DNA of 31,193 nt from a virus: positions 74,354 through 105,546 of IMG/VR virus record IMGVR_UViG_3300003154_000682; one strand, 5' to 3'. Numbering within the stretch: position 1 is the stretch's first letter; every line of letters begins with the position of its first letter. Below the pieces are notes generated by a model. It saw only the letters and a list, made by a program, of their open reading frames with translations, was not told the origin of the DNA and did not search any database. Made by a program: the position numbers and the translations under genes. Shown here piece by piece: positions 1 to 9,581 of this stretch.

Positions 1-1520
1 CTGGAACCATACAAATACAATTTGATAATAAACCAGATACTTTTATAGAGCTGGTGGATACACCAGAAGCCTATGATTCTGGAAAGTTTGCACATTCAAC
101 TTCTTCGGGAATAGAATGGAAAGCAGTTTATGATAATATTGTCGTAGCCGATAAAGAAGATTTAAGTGGTGGATTAGTAACGGAAACCTGGAGTAAGAAT
201 ACCGGAGATATATTTTCCGGTTTTATGGATGATACTTATATATATAATGATCCAAATTATCGTGATACCAACTATAGTACTAATACTCAGTTGAGTTTTT
301 CCAATACAGCATATACAGACTATAATAATATGCTATTTAAGTTCTATATAAAAGAGCAGATAGGAACTAAAAATATAATATCAGCCATCTTTAAGCTTTA
401 TTGCACTGATACCAGCTCCTCATCTATTAATGTTTATAGAGTATTAAAAAATTGGATGCCTTCTGAGGCTACATGGAATAACTATAAAACAGGTTCTGCT
501 TGGAGTACTATTGGTTGTAAGGCTGGAACCAGTTTTCCAGTAGACGACTCATTAACAGCTGATTATTATGACCAAGCCATATGTACTATTCCTTCGGCTA
601 CTTTAAATCAATGGTTTACTATGGATATTACTTCTATAGTACAAGCTTGGTCTTCAAGCTCACACAATGAATATGGTATTATAGCTGCAGGAAGTATAGA
701 TCAATTTAGTATAGGTAAAGTTTATTCTAATGAAGGCACCGATGGTTTTAGACCAAAACTCGAAATTAGTTACTATGCAGATGCTTCGGTTGACATAACA
801 AATTTATTAGATGGGCAAGTAGCTATAACTACTACCGAGTATTACAATAAATATATTTTAGACAAACCTTCTGCGAAATGGATTGTTAGTGATGGAAATA
901 AATATCAACTTACTGCTGGTTTACCCACAACTCCAGCGTTTATTATTAACGTTGGAACTCATGTATACGATGTGCAAGCAGCAATTTGGAAGGAGTGGAC
1001 TGGGAGTATTTGGAAATCCATAGAAACATTTATAGATTTAAATGATACACCAAATACTTATTCTGGTTCGGGGGGACTTTTTGCTCAATCAACCGGATCT
1101 GGTATTCAATGGGCGACAGTTCCAGATTCTGGAGCCCAAACATTTATCGATTTAATAGATACCCCGAGTACCTATTCTGATGGTCTTTATGCTAGATCTA
1201 CAGCTTCTGGAATTGTTTGGGCTACAGTTTCTGGTGGTTCTTCTGATGTGCAATCATTTTTAGATCTTACTGATACCCCAAATTCTTATGATGGTTATGA
1301 TGGGAAATATGTAAAGGTTGTCGGCGGAGTTTTAGAATTCACAACTATAAGTGGTGGGCTAAGTGACTCCTCCAATCTATTTGAATTAGATGAATATGGG
1401 GGACTAATGCCAGTAGCCACTATTTCTGGAATAAATGAAGTTATACTGACAGCTCCCGATAGTTCTAGATGGAGACTAATTGTAGATAATGGTGGAAATC
1501 TTTCTACTGAGGCCGCATAA
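1..1520 (+). CDS. Putative virion/tail-fibre protein with DNRLRE (CBM96-like) domain and FxDLxDTP repeats; 5'-truncated
   Basis: The frame is open from the window start (GTIQIQFDNKPDTFIELVDTP...), so the track start at 54 is not the true start. DNRLRE-type motifs at about nt 228-776: DTYIY..RDTNY, AIFKLY, VYRVLKNW.PSEATWNNYKTGSAW, WFTMDITSIVQAW, YSNEG..FRPKLEISY. C-terminal LTAPDSSRWRLIVDNGGNLST resembles phage fibre segments. Confidence 0.7.
   Translation, partial: GTIQIQFDNKPDTFIELVDTPEAYDSGKFAHSTSSGIEWKAVYDNIVVADKEDLSGGLVTETWSKNTGDIFSGFMDDTYIYNDPNYRDTNYSTNTQLSFSNTAYTDYNNMLFKFYIKEQIGTKNIISAIFKLYCTDTSSSSINVYRVLKNWMPSEATWNNYKTGSAWSTIGCKAGTSFPVDDSLTADYYDQAICTIPSATLNQWFTMDITSIVQAWSSSSHNEYGIIAAGSIDQFSIGKVYSNEGTDGFRPKLEISYYADASVDITNLLDGQVAITTTEYYNKYILDKPSAKWIVSDGNKYQLTAGLPTTPAFIINVGTHVYDVQAAIWKEWTGSIWKSIETFIDLNDTPNTYSGSGGLFAQSTGSGIQWATVPDSGAQTFIDLIDTPSTYSDGLYARSTASGIVWATVSGGSSDVQSFLDLTDTPNSYDGYDGKYVKVVGGVLEFTTISGGLSDSSNLFELDEYGGLMPVATISGINEVILTAPDSSRWRLIVDNGGNLSTEAA
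1026..1355 (+). repeat. Three tandem 38-aa (114-nt period) FxDLxDTPxxY repeats; a fourth copy lies at about 39-119
   Basis: TFIDLNDTPNTYSG (1026), TFIDLIDTPSTYSD (1140), SFLDLTDTPNSYDG (1254); TFIELVDTPEAYDSG near the window start. Confidence 0.85.
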
Positions 1521-2281
1521 TGTCAAATGAGTGGTATGATATAGATAGTTGGCAGTGGGTAGATAATGATAGTGCCCAGTGGGGATTTTTAGATGTTTTT
1601 GTATATGGTGTTGGACTCAATCAGATATGGACAGACAATAAATATGTATATGCAGCTACTACTAGTGGTTTGGATATTATAAATATAGAAACTGAACAAC
1701 GTCAATCTTTTATTACTAATTCTAGTGGTTATTCTTCTGTGTGGTCAGATAATGAAAAAATATTTATTGGTTCAACAGCAGGTATAAAATTTTTCAACCA
1801 AGCCACCATAGGCCCACCAGAAATGATATATTTTATAGCAGATTATGTTAGAATACCCGATATAACAAGTAATAACATTAAGTATATACATGGAAATTCA
1901 AATAAACTAATCTGTTGTACAGTAGAAGGAATAGACATAATAAGACGTGATACTGGATATATAACACATACAATTATATCTGGAGCTACTAAGTGTTTTG
2001 TTACACCAGAGTATGATTATTATTATTACACAATATCTGGAACTACCAATTGGTCTTTAAATAGGCTGGATGGTAATACTGGTGATTGGGATCTTCCAGA
2101 TATGATATATACTACAGGCTCTGGTTTTCTTGCGGGATCGACTCGTATAAATGATTTCTATGTTACAGAACATACCTCGGTGGGTGGAGTATACAATACA
2201 CTATTTATAGCCACAGATCTCGGAGTTTATGTATATGATGAGGGATCTACAGAACATAGATGTTTTATGACGCTTTTGTAG
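1520..2281 (+). CDS. Hypothetical virion-associated protein, beta-propeller-like
   Basis: 253-aa ORF coupled by TAATG. Repeated blade-like units: IWTDNKYVYAATTSGLDII, VWSDNEKIFIGSTAGIKFF, IHGNSNKLICCTVEGIDII, TLFIATDLGVYVY. Confidence 0.55.
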   Translation: MSNEWYDIDSWQWVDNDSAQWGFLDVFVYGVGLNQIWTDNKYVYAATTSGLDIINIETEQRQSFITNSSGYSSVWSDNEKIFIGSTAGIKFFNQATIGPPEMIYFIADYVRIPDITSNNIKYIHGNSNKLICCTVEGIDIIRRDTGYITHTIISGATKCFVTPEYDYYYYTISGTTNWSLNRLDGNTGDWDLPDMIYTTGSGFLAGSTRINDFYVTEHTSVGGVYNTLFIATDLGVYVYDEGSTEHRCFMTLL

Positions 2282-2293
2282 GGGGAAAGTTAA

Positions 2294-3346
2294 ATGCCAA
2301 TTGCTATTATGAGAGTTTTAGTTGTTGCCGGTGGTGGAGCTGGTGGTGCCCGTCATGGAGGAGGAGGAGCAGGTGGTGGAGTTGTTTATAGTCCTTCCTT
2401 TATCGCAACCGAATATGCCTATCAAGTTACTGTTGGAAGTGGGGGTATACCAGACCCTGCTGGAAATACTGTTGGAGGTAATGGGCAGAATAGTAGCTTT
2501 GATGTAATAACAGCCCTTGGGGGAGGTGGTGGTGGAAGTTATACCACAGCTGTTCCTACAGGTGGTGGTAGTGGTGGCGGTGGAGGAGGAGGAGCATACT
2601 CAACAGCTGGTTTAGCAAACCAATTAGATAGTGGAGGAGGTTCTGGTTACGGCTATAGTGGTGGTGCTGGTTATGCTGGTGGACTATATACTGGTGGCGG
2701 TGGTGGTGGTGGTGCAAGTACAACAGGTTCTGGTGCACCAGGCACCGATACTGGAGGTGCCGGTGGTTATGGTTTTACATCAGATATATCAGGATCAGCT
2801 GTAGCCTATGCCGGAGGTGGGGGAGGTGGAGGAGTTACCGCAGGTGGTTATGGGTATGATAGTGGAGGAGATGGGGGAATTAGTAGTGCTACAGATGGAT
2901 TAGCTCATCGTGGTGGTGGAGGAGGTGGTGATAGAAGTCTTATTGTGGGGAGAAAGGGTGGTTATGGTGGTTCTGGGGTGGTTATCATAAGTTATGATTA
3001 TTATAGTCTAACTGCTACAGGTGGTATTATTAGCCAGGTGGATGGAAAGATTATTCATAAATTTGAAACATCTGGAACTTTTACAGTAACTTCCGCCTTT
3101 CCTTTATATAGATATAGAACTACTGGAATAGTTACTGAAAATCTTTCGCCAGCTATTAGAACTTTAAGATTATACAGAGAATCTACTGGGCAATTAATAC
3201 ATGAAACCACATCTTCTGGCAATGGTGGATCATATGAATTAAAAACACCATATAATGAAAACCACTATGTAGTATGTTTAGATGCTGCCGGGGGCAAAAA
3301 TTATAACCATTTAATAGCTAAAGATATAGATATAGAGGAGTTATAG
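2294..3346 (+). CDS. Glycine-rich domain phage tail/virion protein with C-terminal tail-accessory beta-sandwich domain
   Basis: VLVVAGGGAGG...GGGGAGG...GGSGVVII and ATGG...IHKFETSGTFTV are typical of phage glycine-rich domains. The C-terminal GIVTEN..PAIRTLRLYRESTGQLIHETTS...YVVCLD...YNHLIA resembles small phage tail accessory domains. Confidence 0.7.
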   Translation: MPIAIMRVLVVAGGGAGGARHGGGGAGGGVVYSPSFIATEYAYQVTVGSGGIPDPAGNTVGGNGQNSSFDVITALGGGGGGSYTTAVPTGGGSGGGGGGGAYSTAGLANQLDSGGGSGYGYSGGAGYAGGLYTGGGGGGGASTTGSGAPGTDTGGAGGYGFTSDISGSAVAYAGGGGGGGVTAGGYGYDSGGDGGISSATDGLAHRGGGGGGDRSLIVGRKGGYGGSGVVIISYDYYSLTATGGIISQVDGKIIHKFETSGTFTVTSAFPLYRYRTTGIVTENLSPAIRTLRLYRESTGQLIHETTSSGNGGSYELKTPYNENHYVVCLDAAGGKNYNHLIAKDIDIEEL

Positions 3347-3348
3347 TA

Positions 3349-3657
3349 GTGGCTACATTTAATTTTACAGATATAGATTATATCCCAAGTAGTAATTTTA
3401 GTTTTGACTCTTATCTATATAAGATTTTGTCGGGAACAAGTCATAATTATACTGCTATATGGGCGGATTCTACGTCTAATATGAATACTGGAAAGCTTTA
3501 TATAGCCACAGCAGGTATTGGTGCTGCTCTTTCTATTGTAGATCTACAATCCAAAGTCTTGGTGGATAGTTATAAAATAGATACCATGGGTAATAACATG
3601 GAATTCTTAGATAGCGAAAATATAGTAGACATTAATATCAGTATTGTGGGGGAATAA
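3349..3657 (+). CDS. Hypothetical protein (structural module)
   Basis: 102-aa ORF, GTG start after a GAGGAG ribosome-binding site. IWAD...LYIAT...LSIVDL resembles one blade of the 1520-2281 protein. Confidence 0.55.
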   Translation: MATFNFTDIDYIPSSNFSFDSYLYKILSGTSHNYTAIWADSTSNMNTGKLYIATAGIGAALSIVDLQSKVLVDSYKIDTMGNNMEFLDSENIVDINISIVGE

Positions 3658-6600
3658 TGAGTGAAGAGTATACACCACCAGGATCCACAAGCTTCCCTTT
3701 CAATTTCTCTGAACAAGGGTATTCTTCCCCTAATGCTACATCTCTTCTTCTAAATTTTAAACTAGAACGAACTTTCGGTACACTAAGGGCTGCTGTCAAT
3801 GTAATGACACCTTATTGGTATACTACACATACTTATGCAAAATCTTGTCCTAAGTATGTGGTTGGTTATGGTTCTGGTGGTATTCAAATTATTAGAGGTC
3901 GTTGTTTATATGGTGGTATTAGAGATCTACAAGGTATAATTACTGGTCTTCCAGCATTATATACTGTTGGAAATCTTCCAGCTTATGTAAATTCCACTCT
4001 AAATACATCTCAAGTAGATTTATCGTCTTATTGCTATTCTATTACGCCCAAAGATTTATCAGCATATTCTGGAAGTCATCTACCATCAAATATTGCAGGT
4101 GCTGTTACTGGTATAAAGAAAAAGAGTTTTGGAGATTTGCCAGCATTTGTGAATATGCACTTTCCTGGAAATATTCATGCTTATCTTGGAGTACATCAGC
4201 CAATAAGTTTACCTTCTAGCATTAATGTATTAAAGAACAAAGGCATCAATAACTTAGGAAGTTTAATAGACACCCATCCATCGGCTAATCTTCTATCTAT
4301 AATAGGTGCTCATAGTGCAGCTATTCTAAGATCAAATATATGGGCATATAATTCTATATATAAAGATCTTACAGCATCTACTTATTCCTGGCAAGAATAC
4401 GATTTGAGTGCTGTTATAGGTTCACATGATTGGAATAATTTGGGGGCTATAGTAGGAAGCTTTGGTAAAGATGTTAAAGACTTAAATTCTTATATTTTTG
4501 TTGAAAAATATAAGGGTATAAACAATCTTATATCTCAAATTGGTATGCATCAAGCTAGTAATTTACGTTTGAGTATTACTGGTACTAAAACTGGAATAAT
4601 AGACTTAAATAGCATTATACATAGTTGGGATATAACAAATATTAGTGCTATAATTGCTTCACATTCTCCAGAAAGATTAAGAGCTAATATAAGAAGTTGG
4701 TATTCGAGTAATAGAAATCTTCGTGGGGCTATACGTTCTTGGTATAGAGGTAATTTTTCTTATATAAGTTCTAATATTGACCTGCATCAACCAGAAAATT
4801 TACAATCGTTTATTGACCTACATCAACCTATTAATTTTCCGGCGACAATTGGTACTCATATAGCCGGGCATTTATATATTATATTAAGAACTTGGCATCT
4901 CAGAAATCAACAAGATTTATTTTCTAATATTATGGGTTGGCAACAGGGAAATATTACAGCTTATTTGGGGGGTGTTCCTCCTGGAAATCTAAGAGTATAT
5001 TTACGTGCGTGGCAACGCAGCGTTTCCGTAGATTTTCCTAGCTATATACATAGCTGGGAAGAATCACCAAACTTAACGGCTATGATTGCTTCACATCAAT
5101 ATGAGAATATACACTCTATTATTAGAGGATGGCAGCGAGGTAATCAGAAAAATTTAATAGGAATTTTACATAGCTGGCAAGTAGATAATTTAACAGCTTA
5201 TATATTTGCACACCCATATAAAACCTTCAAAGCCTCCATCAGAGGTTGGCAGCATAATATATATAAGAATTTAACTGGTGGAATTAAGGGTTGGCAAACC
5301 AAAAATTTAAATGCTATAGTTGATACACATATATGGAAGTTATTAGCTGCGACTATTTTTCCACATCCACCTCCACCTTTGCCCGCTACTATTAGAGGTT
5401 GGGCACGAAACTTACAGAAAAACATGCCTGCTAATATCTATGGTTGGGGAGCCAGTAATTTAGGAGCTATTGCCGGAGGACATCCATATGGTAATCTAGG
5501 TATAATTTTAAAAAGTGTTCACTTAGCGATGACTGAAAATCTTACAGCAACTATGCATGGTTGGCAACAGTCAGATTTAGGAATAATAACTAAGGGTGGA
5601 CATTTACCTTTTAATTTGGGGATGTTACTGAAAGGTGTGGCTGTTGGTGTTACAAAAGATCTATATAGTATTATACATGGTTGGCAGTTATCTGATCTTA
5701 GTGTTATAACTAAAGGTGGACATCTACCACAAAATATTACAGCTTACATTAATATATTTCAATCAACATATAAAAATCTTAGGGCTTCTTCCCATGGGTG
5801 GATAGAAACTTTCCTCCCAGCCATCGTTGAAGGACATTTACCACTTAATATTTCTGCAGCTATCAGGTCCTGGTATGCTAATAAATTTTCGAGTTTAGCT
5901 GCTTCTACATATGGTTGGGGAGAATTTTACTTAAACGCTATGGTAGGTTCTCATATTCCTGGTACCTTACGTGGTATGATTAAAGTTTATGATAAAATTT
6001 ATAAATCCCTTCCAGCATATATTAGAGGTTGGCAACAGTCAGATCTTGGTATGCTTTTGGATGGTACACATCCACCTGTAGATTTATCTGCTAAACTTTC
6101 TGTTGAACAAAGAAGGGAAAGATTCCTATCCTCTACATTATATGCATGGCATGCTAGAGACCTTCTTTCTTCTATAACAGTAATGTTTCCATATGACTTA
6201 TGTTCCACAATATATCCCATTTTACCTTCAGATTTGTCTGGTTATTTAAAGGCAAGATTGCGTGCTTCGTTGCCCACATTTATTCGTGGTTGGCAGGATT
6301 CTAATCTTAGTGCCAATATCCAACAAATATGGACTATGACCTTGTCTGGATTTATATATGGTCGTACAGATACTAAGAAGAACTTACCATCTAGAATAAA
6401 GGGTTATGGTGTAGAATATAGAGACCTTAATGTATCTATAACGGCCTTTCATTGGCAGCCACTTACAGCCATTCTTAGAGCTACCTATTTAGCTAATATT
6501 CATGCTTATATATATGCAGTGGCTCCCAAAAATTTATCAGGCAAAGTTCAAGTTTGGCATGAAAGATTCTTGCAAGGTATACTTAATGGACAGAATTATC

Positions 6601-7715
6601 CTTGGAATTTAATGGCACAAATTTATTCAAGTGGTGATTGGTCCACGTTTACTGCTAGCATTCAACCAAGACAGAATGTAGCAGTCTATGCTGATTTAAC
6701 AATGACAGTTCATCCATGGGAACGTAGAGAATTTCCAGCATATATTCTGGGTTCTGGAGCACCTATACTATCAGCATATATAAATCCTTTAGGATATGCT
6801 CATGATCTACATGGATCCATTAGACCCAAGATGATTAGATTAACTACTATTATAAATATTCCTACACAACCACATAAAGATTTATCTGCTACAATAAATT
6901 ATCCCTGTTTCAGAACTGGATATAGTATTCTTCCAGCATATATTTACACTAAATATAAAAGTGATTTGTACGCTTATATAAAACCTATCTGTTTTAATTA
7001 TAGACCAGTGAGTCTGCCAGCTAAAATAGGGTATTCTGATTCATATTTAGAGATTGACAAATTTAAATTAAGTATTAATATATATCCTAATGAGTTCTTT
7101 ACAGAGGATAAATTTAAATTACTATTGAATTTGTTAGATGCAGAATCTTTGCTGACTGCATATATTAGAGGAACTTTAAGATATAATGGTATCTCTGCTC
7201 GTATAATAGGTGACGCTATTCCATCTTATGTTTTTGACATAGCATTTAAAAATAGAGAAACTGTTATCCATAAGACTTATGATGGTATATTTAAAGAATT
7301 TGAAACGGTTGAGATGCTTTTTAAGTCAGCAGTCAAAGATTATTTCTTTAGTTCTGATGGAGGATTTGCATGGAAGAGTAACCGATTCGATAAGTGGGTA
7401 TTTGATGTGAGATCTATTCTACCAGCTAATACCACATTAGGAACTATGAGAAGACTACATAAAGCTACAGAAGTTTATGATTTAAAGAAATTTGAAAGTG
7501 TGGATGAAGCTATACGGGCGGCGATAGCTTATGTTACTGAGTATCCACAATCTATTTTAAGAGCTTCTATAATTAATTTAGGTACATATAAAACATTAAG
7601 TAGTGTAATTATTCCTAGATATACTGTAAAATCTAGAAATAGCCTAGAATCCACAATAACTCCGATTGGCGATAATATTGTTATAAACGAAAAAGAAACT
7701 ATTACAAAAATTTAA
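3657..7715 (+). CDS. Large (1352 aa) repetitive putative virion/tail protein
   Basis: Long ORF coupled by TAATG. N-terminal YTPP...FPFNF motif; many degenerate L-x-A-x-I-x-(G/S)-W and H-x-P-x-N-L repeats; located in the structural module. Confidence 0.65.
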   Translation: MSEEYTPPGSTSFPFNFSEQGYSSPNATSLLLNFKLERTFGTLRAAVNVMTPYWYTTHTYAKSCPKYVVGYGSGGIQIIRGRCLYGGIRDLQGIITGLPALYTVGNLPAYVNSTLNTSQVDLSSYCYSITPKDLSAYSGSHLPSNIAGAVTGIKKKSFGDLPAFVNMHFPGNIHAYLGVHQPISLPSSINVLKNKGINNLGSLIDTHPSANLLSIIGAHSAAILRSNIWAYNSIYKDLTASTYSWQEYDLSAVIGSHDWNNLGAIVGSFGKDVKDLNSYIFVEKYKGINNLISQIGMHQASNLRLSITGTKTGIIDLNSIIHSWDITNISAIIASHSPERLRANIRSWYSSNRNLRGAIRSWYRGNFSYISSNIDLHQPENLQSFIDLHQPINFPATIGTHIAGHLYIILRTWHLRNQQDLFSNIMGWQQGNITAYLGGVPPGNLRVYLRAWQRSVSVDFPSYIHSWEESPNLTAMIASHQYENIHSIIRGWQRGNQKNLIGILHSWQVDNLTAYIFAHPYKTFKASIRGWQHNIYKNLTGGIKGWQTKNLNAIVDTHIWKLLAATIFPHPPPPLPATIRGWARNLQKNMPANIYGWGASNLGAIAGGHPYGNLGIILKSVHLAMTENLTATMHGWQQSDLGIITKGGHLPFNLGMLLKGVAVGVTKDLYSIIHGWQLSDLSVITKGGHLPQNITAYINIFQSTYKNLRASSHGWIETFLPAIVEGHLPLNISAAIRSWYANKFSSLAASTYGWGEFYLNAMVGSHIPGTLRGMIKVYDKIYKSLPAYIRGWQQSDLGMLLDGTHPPVDLSAKLSVEQRRERFLSSTLYAWHARDLLSSITVMFPYDLCSTIYPILPSDLSGYLKARLRASLPTFIRGWQDSNLSANIQQIWTMTLSGFIYGRTDTKKNLPSRIKGYGVEYRDLNVSITAFHWQPLTAILRATYLANIHAYIYAVAPKNLSGKVQVWHERFLQGILNGQNYPWNLMAQIYSSGDWSTFTASIQPRQNVAVYADLTMTVHPWERREFPAYILGSGAPILSAYINPLGYAHDLHGSIRPKMIRLTTIINIPTQPHKDLSATINYPCFRTGYSILPAYIYTKYKSDLYAYIKPICFNYRPVSLPAKIGYSDSYLEIDKFKLSINIYPNEFFTEDKFKLLLNLLDAESLLTAYIRGTLRYNGISARIIGDAIPSYVFDIAFKNRETVIHKTYDGIFKEFETVEMLFKSAVKDYFFSSDGGFAWKSNRFDKWVFDVRSILPANTTLGTMRRLHKATEVYDLKKFESVDEAIRAAIAYVTEYPQSILRASIINLGTYKTLSSVIIPRYTVKSRNSLESTITPIGDNIVINEKETITKI

Positions 7716-7724
7716 TCCAAAACA

Positions 7725-7753
7725 CTTGACAAATGTATAATATGTATTACCTT
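7725..7753 (+). promoter_or_regulatory. Sigma70-like promoter upstream of the replication operon
   Basis: TTGACA at 7726-7731, 16-nt spacer, TACCTT at 7748-7753. Shares CTTGACAAAT-N6-TATGYATTA with the site at 20511. An extra TATAAT lies at 7805-7810. Confidence 0.55.
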
Positions 7754-7847
7754 AGTGAGAGGAAAAGGTACATATATCTATTGAACAAACTCTATGTTTT
7801 GTACTATAATATATAATAGACTATAACTTTATACACAAGGACAATAA

Positions 7848-8984
7848 ATGCAATTTACTATCAGTATAGACTCTCTTCAGAGAGCTATTAAGGTTTTAGG
7901 TATAGTGGTTCGTACAAATTCTTCTGATGTTACTGGAAGAATATTGATTGAAGCCACTGACAATAATGTTATTTTTATAGCTAATAATGGTATTACTGCC
8001 ATATCCTTTACATCTACAGATGTAGATATATCAATTCCAGGCTCTATAGCTATAGAGTATAGTAAAATAAAGACATTTGTGTCTTCTTATAAATCTTGGA
8101 ATGGTGAATCTGGGGCAGATAATTTTCAATTCTCTACCGATGAACGAAATACAAAAATTACTATTGACAATAAATATAGTAATGGAAAAGTAGCAAGAGG
8201 AGAGCTAAGACTCACAAATTCTAACTCTTCTCTTATAACAAAATTACCACCATTTGGTGAAGTTAGTTTTGTACTTAACTCAACCATTTTTAAAACCGCA
8301 ACAAATAAAATCCTTTATGCCATCAATCCTCAAGTAGATAATAATCAACCAGCACTTCAAGGAATGAATATACAATTTGATAAAGATAATATATCTTTTG
8401 CTGGCTCTAATGGTATAGTGTTATCTGAATATCAAGTTAAGAATATGGCTGACTGTTCTGAAGGCAATATAGCACTACAATATGATTTTATTATGGGGCT
8501 TAGACGACTTATTACAGAAAATATTCAACTATTCTGGGATGTTAAAGGTAACAAAGTAAGTGTTAAATTTGGAGAAGTAATTTATGTCGGCAGAAAAATT
8601 ATTGGACACGAGTTTCCTGAGTATAAACCAGTGCTTGATAAGTATACAAACTATATTAATTTAAGTAAGGAATTCTTTATTGACACCTTGCATCCATTTA
8701 TAGATGTATTAGACATGGATGATAATTTCAGACTTACAATTGAGATTAAAGATAAATTATTAAAAGTATTTAATAATCAGGCTATAGTGGAGGCAGAACT
8801 TGATATAGCTGGTGGTTTAGATTTTTCTATAGACTTGAATGGGAGATTACTCATTCAGACCGTGGAAGCTATAAAAGATGATTATATCTTATTTAAGTTC
8901 TCAGATTCTAGTGGTTTTGCTATCTTTGACTCAAGTACTTTTAACGATCAGAAAGCACTTATTTCCTCAATCAAGAAGAGGTGA
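7848..8984 (+). CDS. dnaN: DNA polymerase III beta sliding clamp homolog
   Basis: 378 aa, the size of a three-domain clamp. Motifs: MQFTISIDSLQRAIK, PGSIAI, KILYAI...PALQGMNI, GRKIIGHEFPEYKPVL, IDLNGRLLIQTVEAI. Confidence 0.85.
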   Translation: MQFTISIDSLQRAIKVLGIVVRTNSSDVTGRILIEATDNNVIFIANNGITAISFTSTDVDISIPGSIAIEYSKIKTFVSSYKSWNGESGADNFQFSTDERNTKITIDNKYSNGKVARGELRLTNSNSSLITKLPPFGEVSFVLNSTIFKTATNKILYAINPQVDNNQPALQGMNIQFDKDNISFAGSNGIVLSEYQVKNMADCSEGNIALQYDFIMGLRRLITENIQLFWDVKGNKVSVKFGEVIYVGRKIIGHEFPEYKPVLDKYTNYINLSKEFFIDTLHPFIDVLDMDDNFRLTIEIKDKLLKVFNNQAIVEAELDIAGGLDFSIDLNGRLLIQTVEAIKDDYILFKFSDSSGFAIFDSSTFNDQKALISSIKKR

Positions 8985-8986
8985 TT

Positions 8987-9580
8987 ATGACAGATTCAGA
9001 ATTTATAAATAAATTAAAAGCAGCGATTACTACATCCGAACAAATTAATCTTTTTAGTAATAACAATGGTATTGATAAGATAATAGAAGAAAGTATTCGT
9101 TATCTAAGATTTAAAGGTTTTAAAGTAATAGAACCTAAGAAATTTAAGAATAGTATAAATAATATTGATGATCTTATAAAATATTTTTATCTGTTGATAA
9201 ATTCCAAACATCCAGACGGATATATTTTATCATATAACTCTGGTAAGGATAGAGCAATAGCTAAAAGATTTGTAACCAATAGAATGACTGCTACAGGATC
9301 TAGTAAAGAATATGCTCTGAATGAGTGTGGAGAAATAATTAGAACCGTATTTGAACATGAAGATGAATTTAAGTTTAAGTATGCCATTACGTTTTCTATT
9401 TTTGGACAAGATAATTTAAAGTGGGTTACTGATAAAGCAGTTCAATTGATGAATAGAGGCTTACAAGAAAGAGAGGAGGAAGATGCTGAATTATTAAGAA
9501 AGAAAGTTATTGCAGCACAAGATACTAGTGATTTGGGATTTAATGATCTTGATGATTTATTAGCAGAAATGGAGGAATAA
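8987..9580 (+). CDS. Hypothetical protein with acidic C-terminal tail
   Basis: About 197-199 aa (GTG 8981 or ATG 8987), between clamp and RecA; ends DLGFNDLDDLLAEMEE. Confidence 0.6.
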   Translation: MTDSEFINKLKAAITTSEQINLFSNNNGIDKIIEESIRYLRFKGFKVIEPKKFKNSINNIDDLIKYFYLLINSKHPDGYILSYNSGKDRAIAKRFVTNRMTATGSSKEYALNECGEIIRTVFEHEDEFKFKYAITFSIFGQDNLKWVTDKAVQLMNRGLQEREEEDAELLRKKVIAAQDTSDLGFNDLDDLLAEMEE

Positions 9581-9581
9581 T

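Noticed and set aside
2556-2738. Minus-strand His-rich 60-aa ORF
   Set aside because: It is the antisense shadow of GGT/GGA glycine codons in the glycine-rich gene.
1-7715. Diversity-generating retroelement acting on the fibre genes
   Set aside because: No reverse transcriptase, and I saw no near-identical repeat pair differing only at adenines; the repeats are degenerate in-frame protein repeats.
7716-7847. tRNA, structured ncRNA or replication origin in the AT-rich gap
   Set aside because: No cloverleaf, strong stem or iteron array is visible; promoter elements explain the gap.
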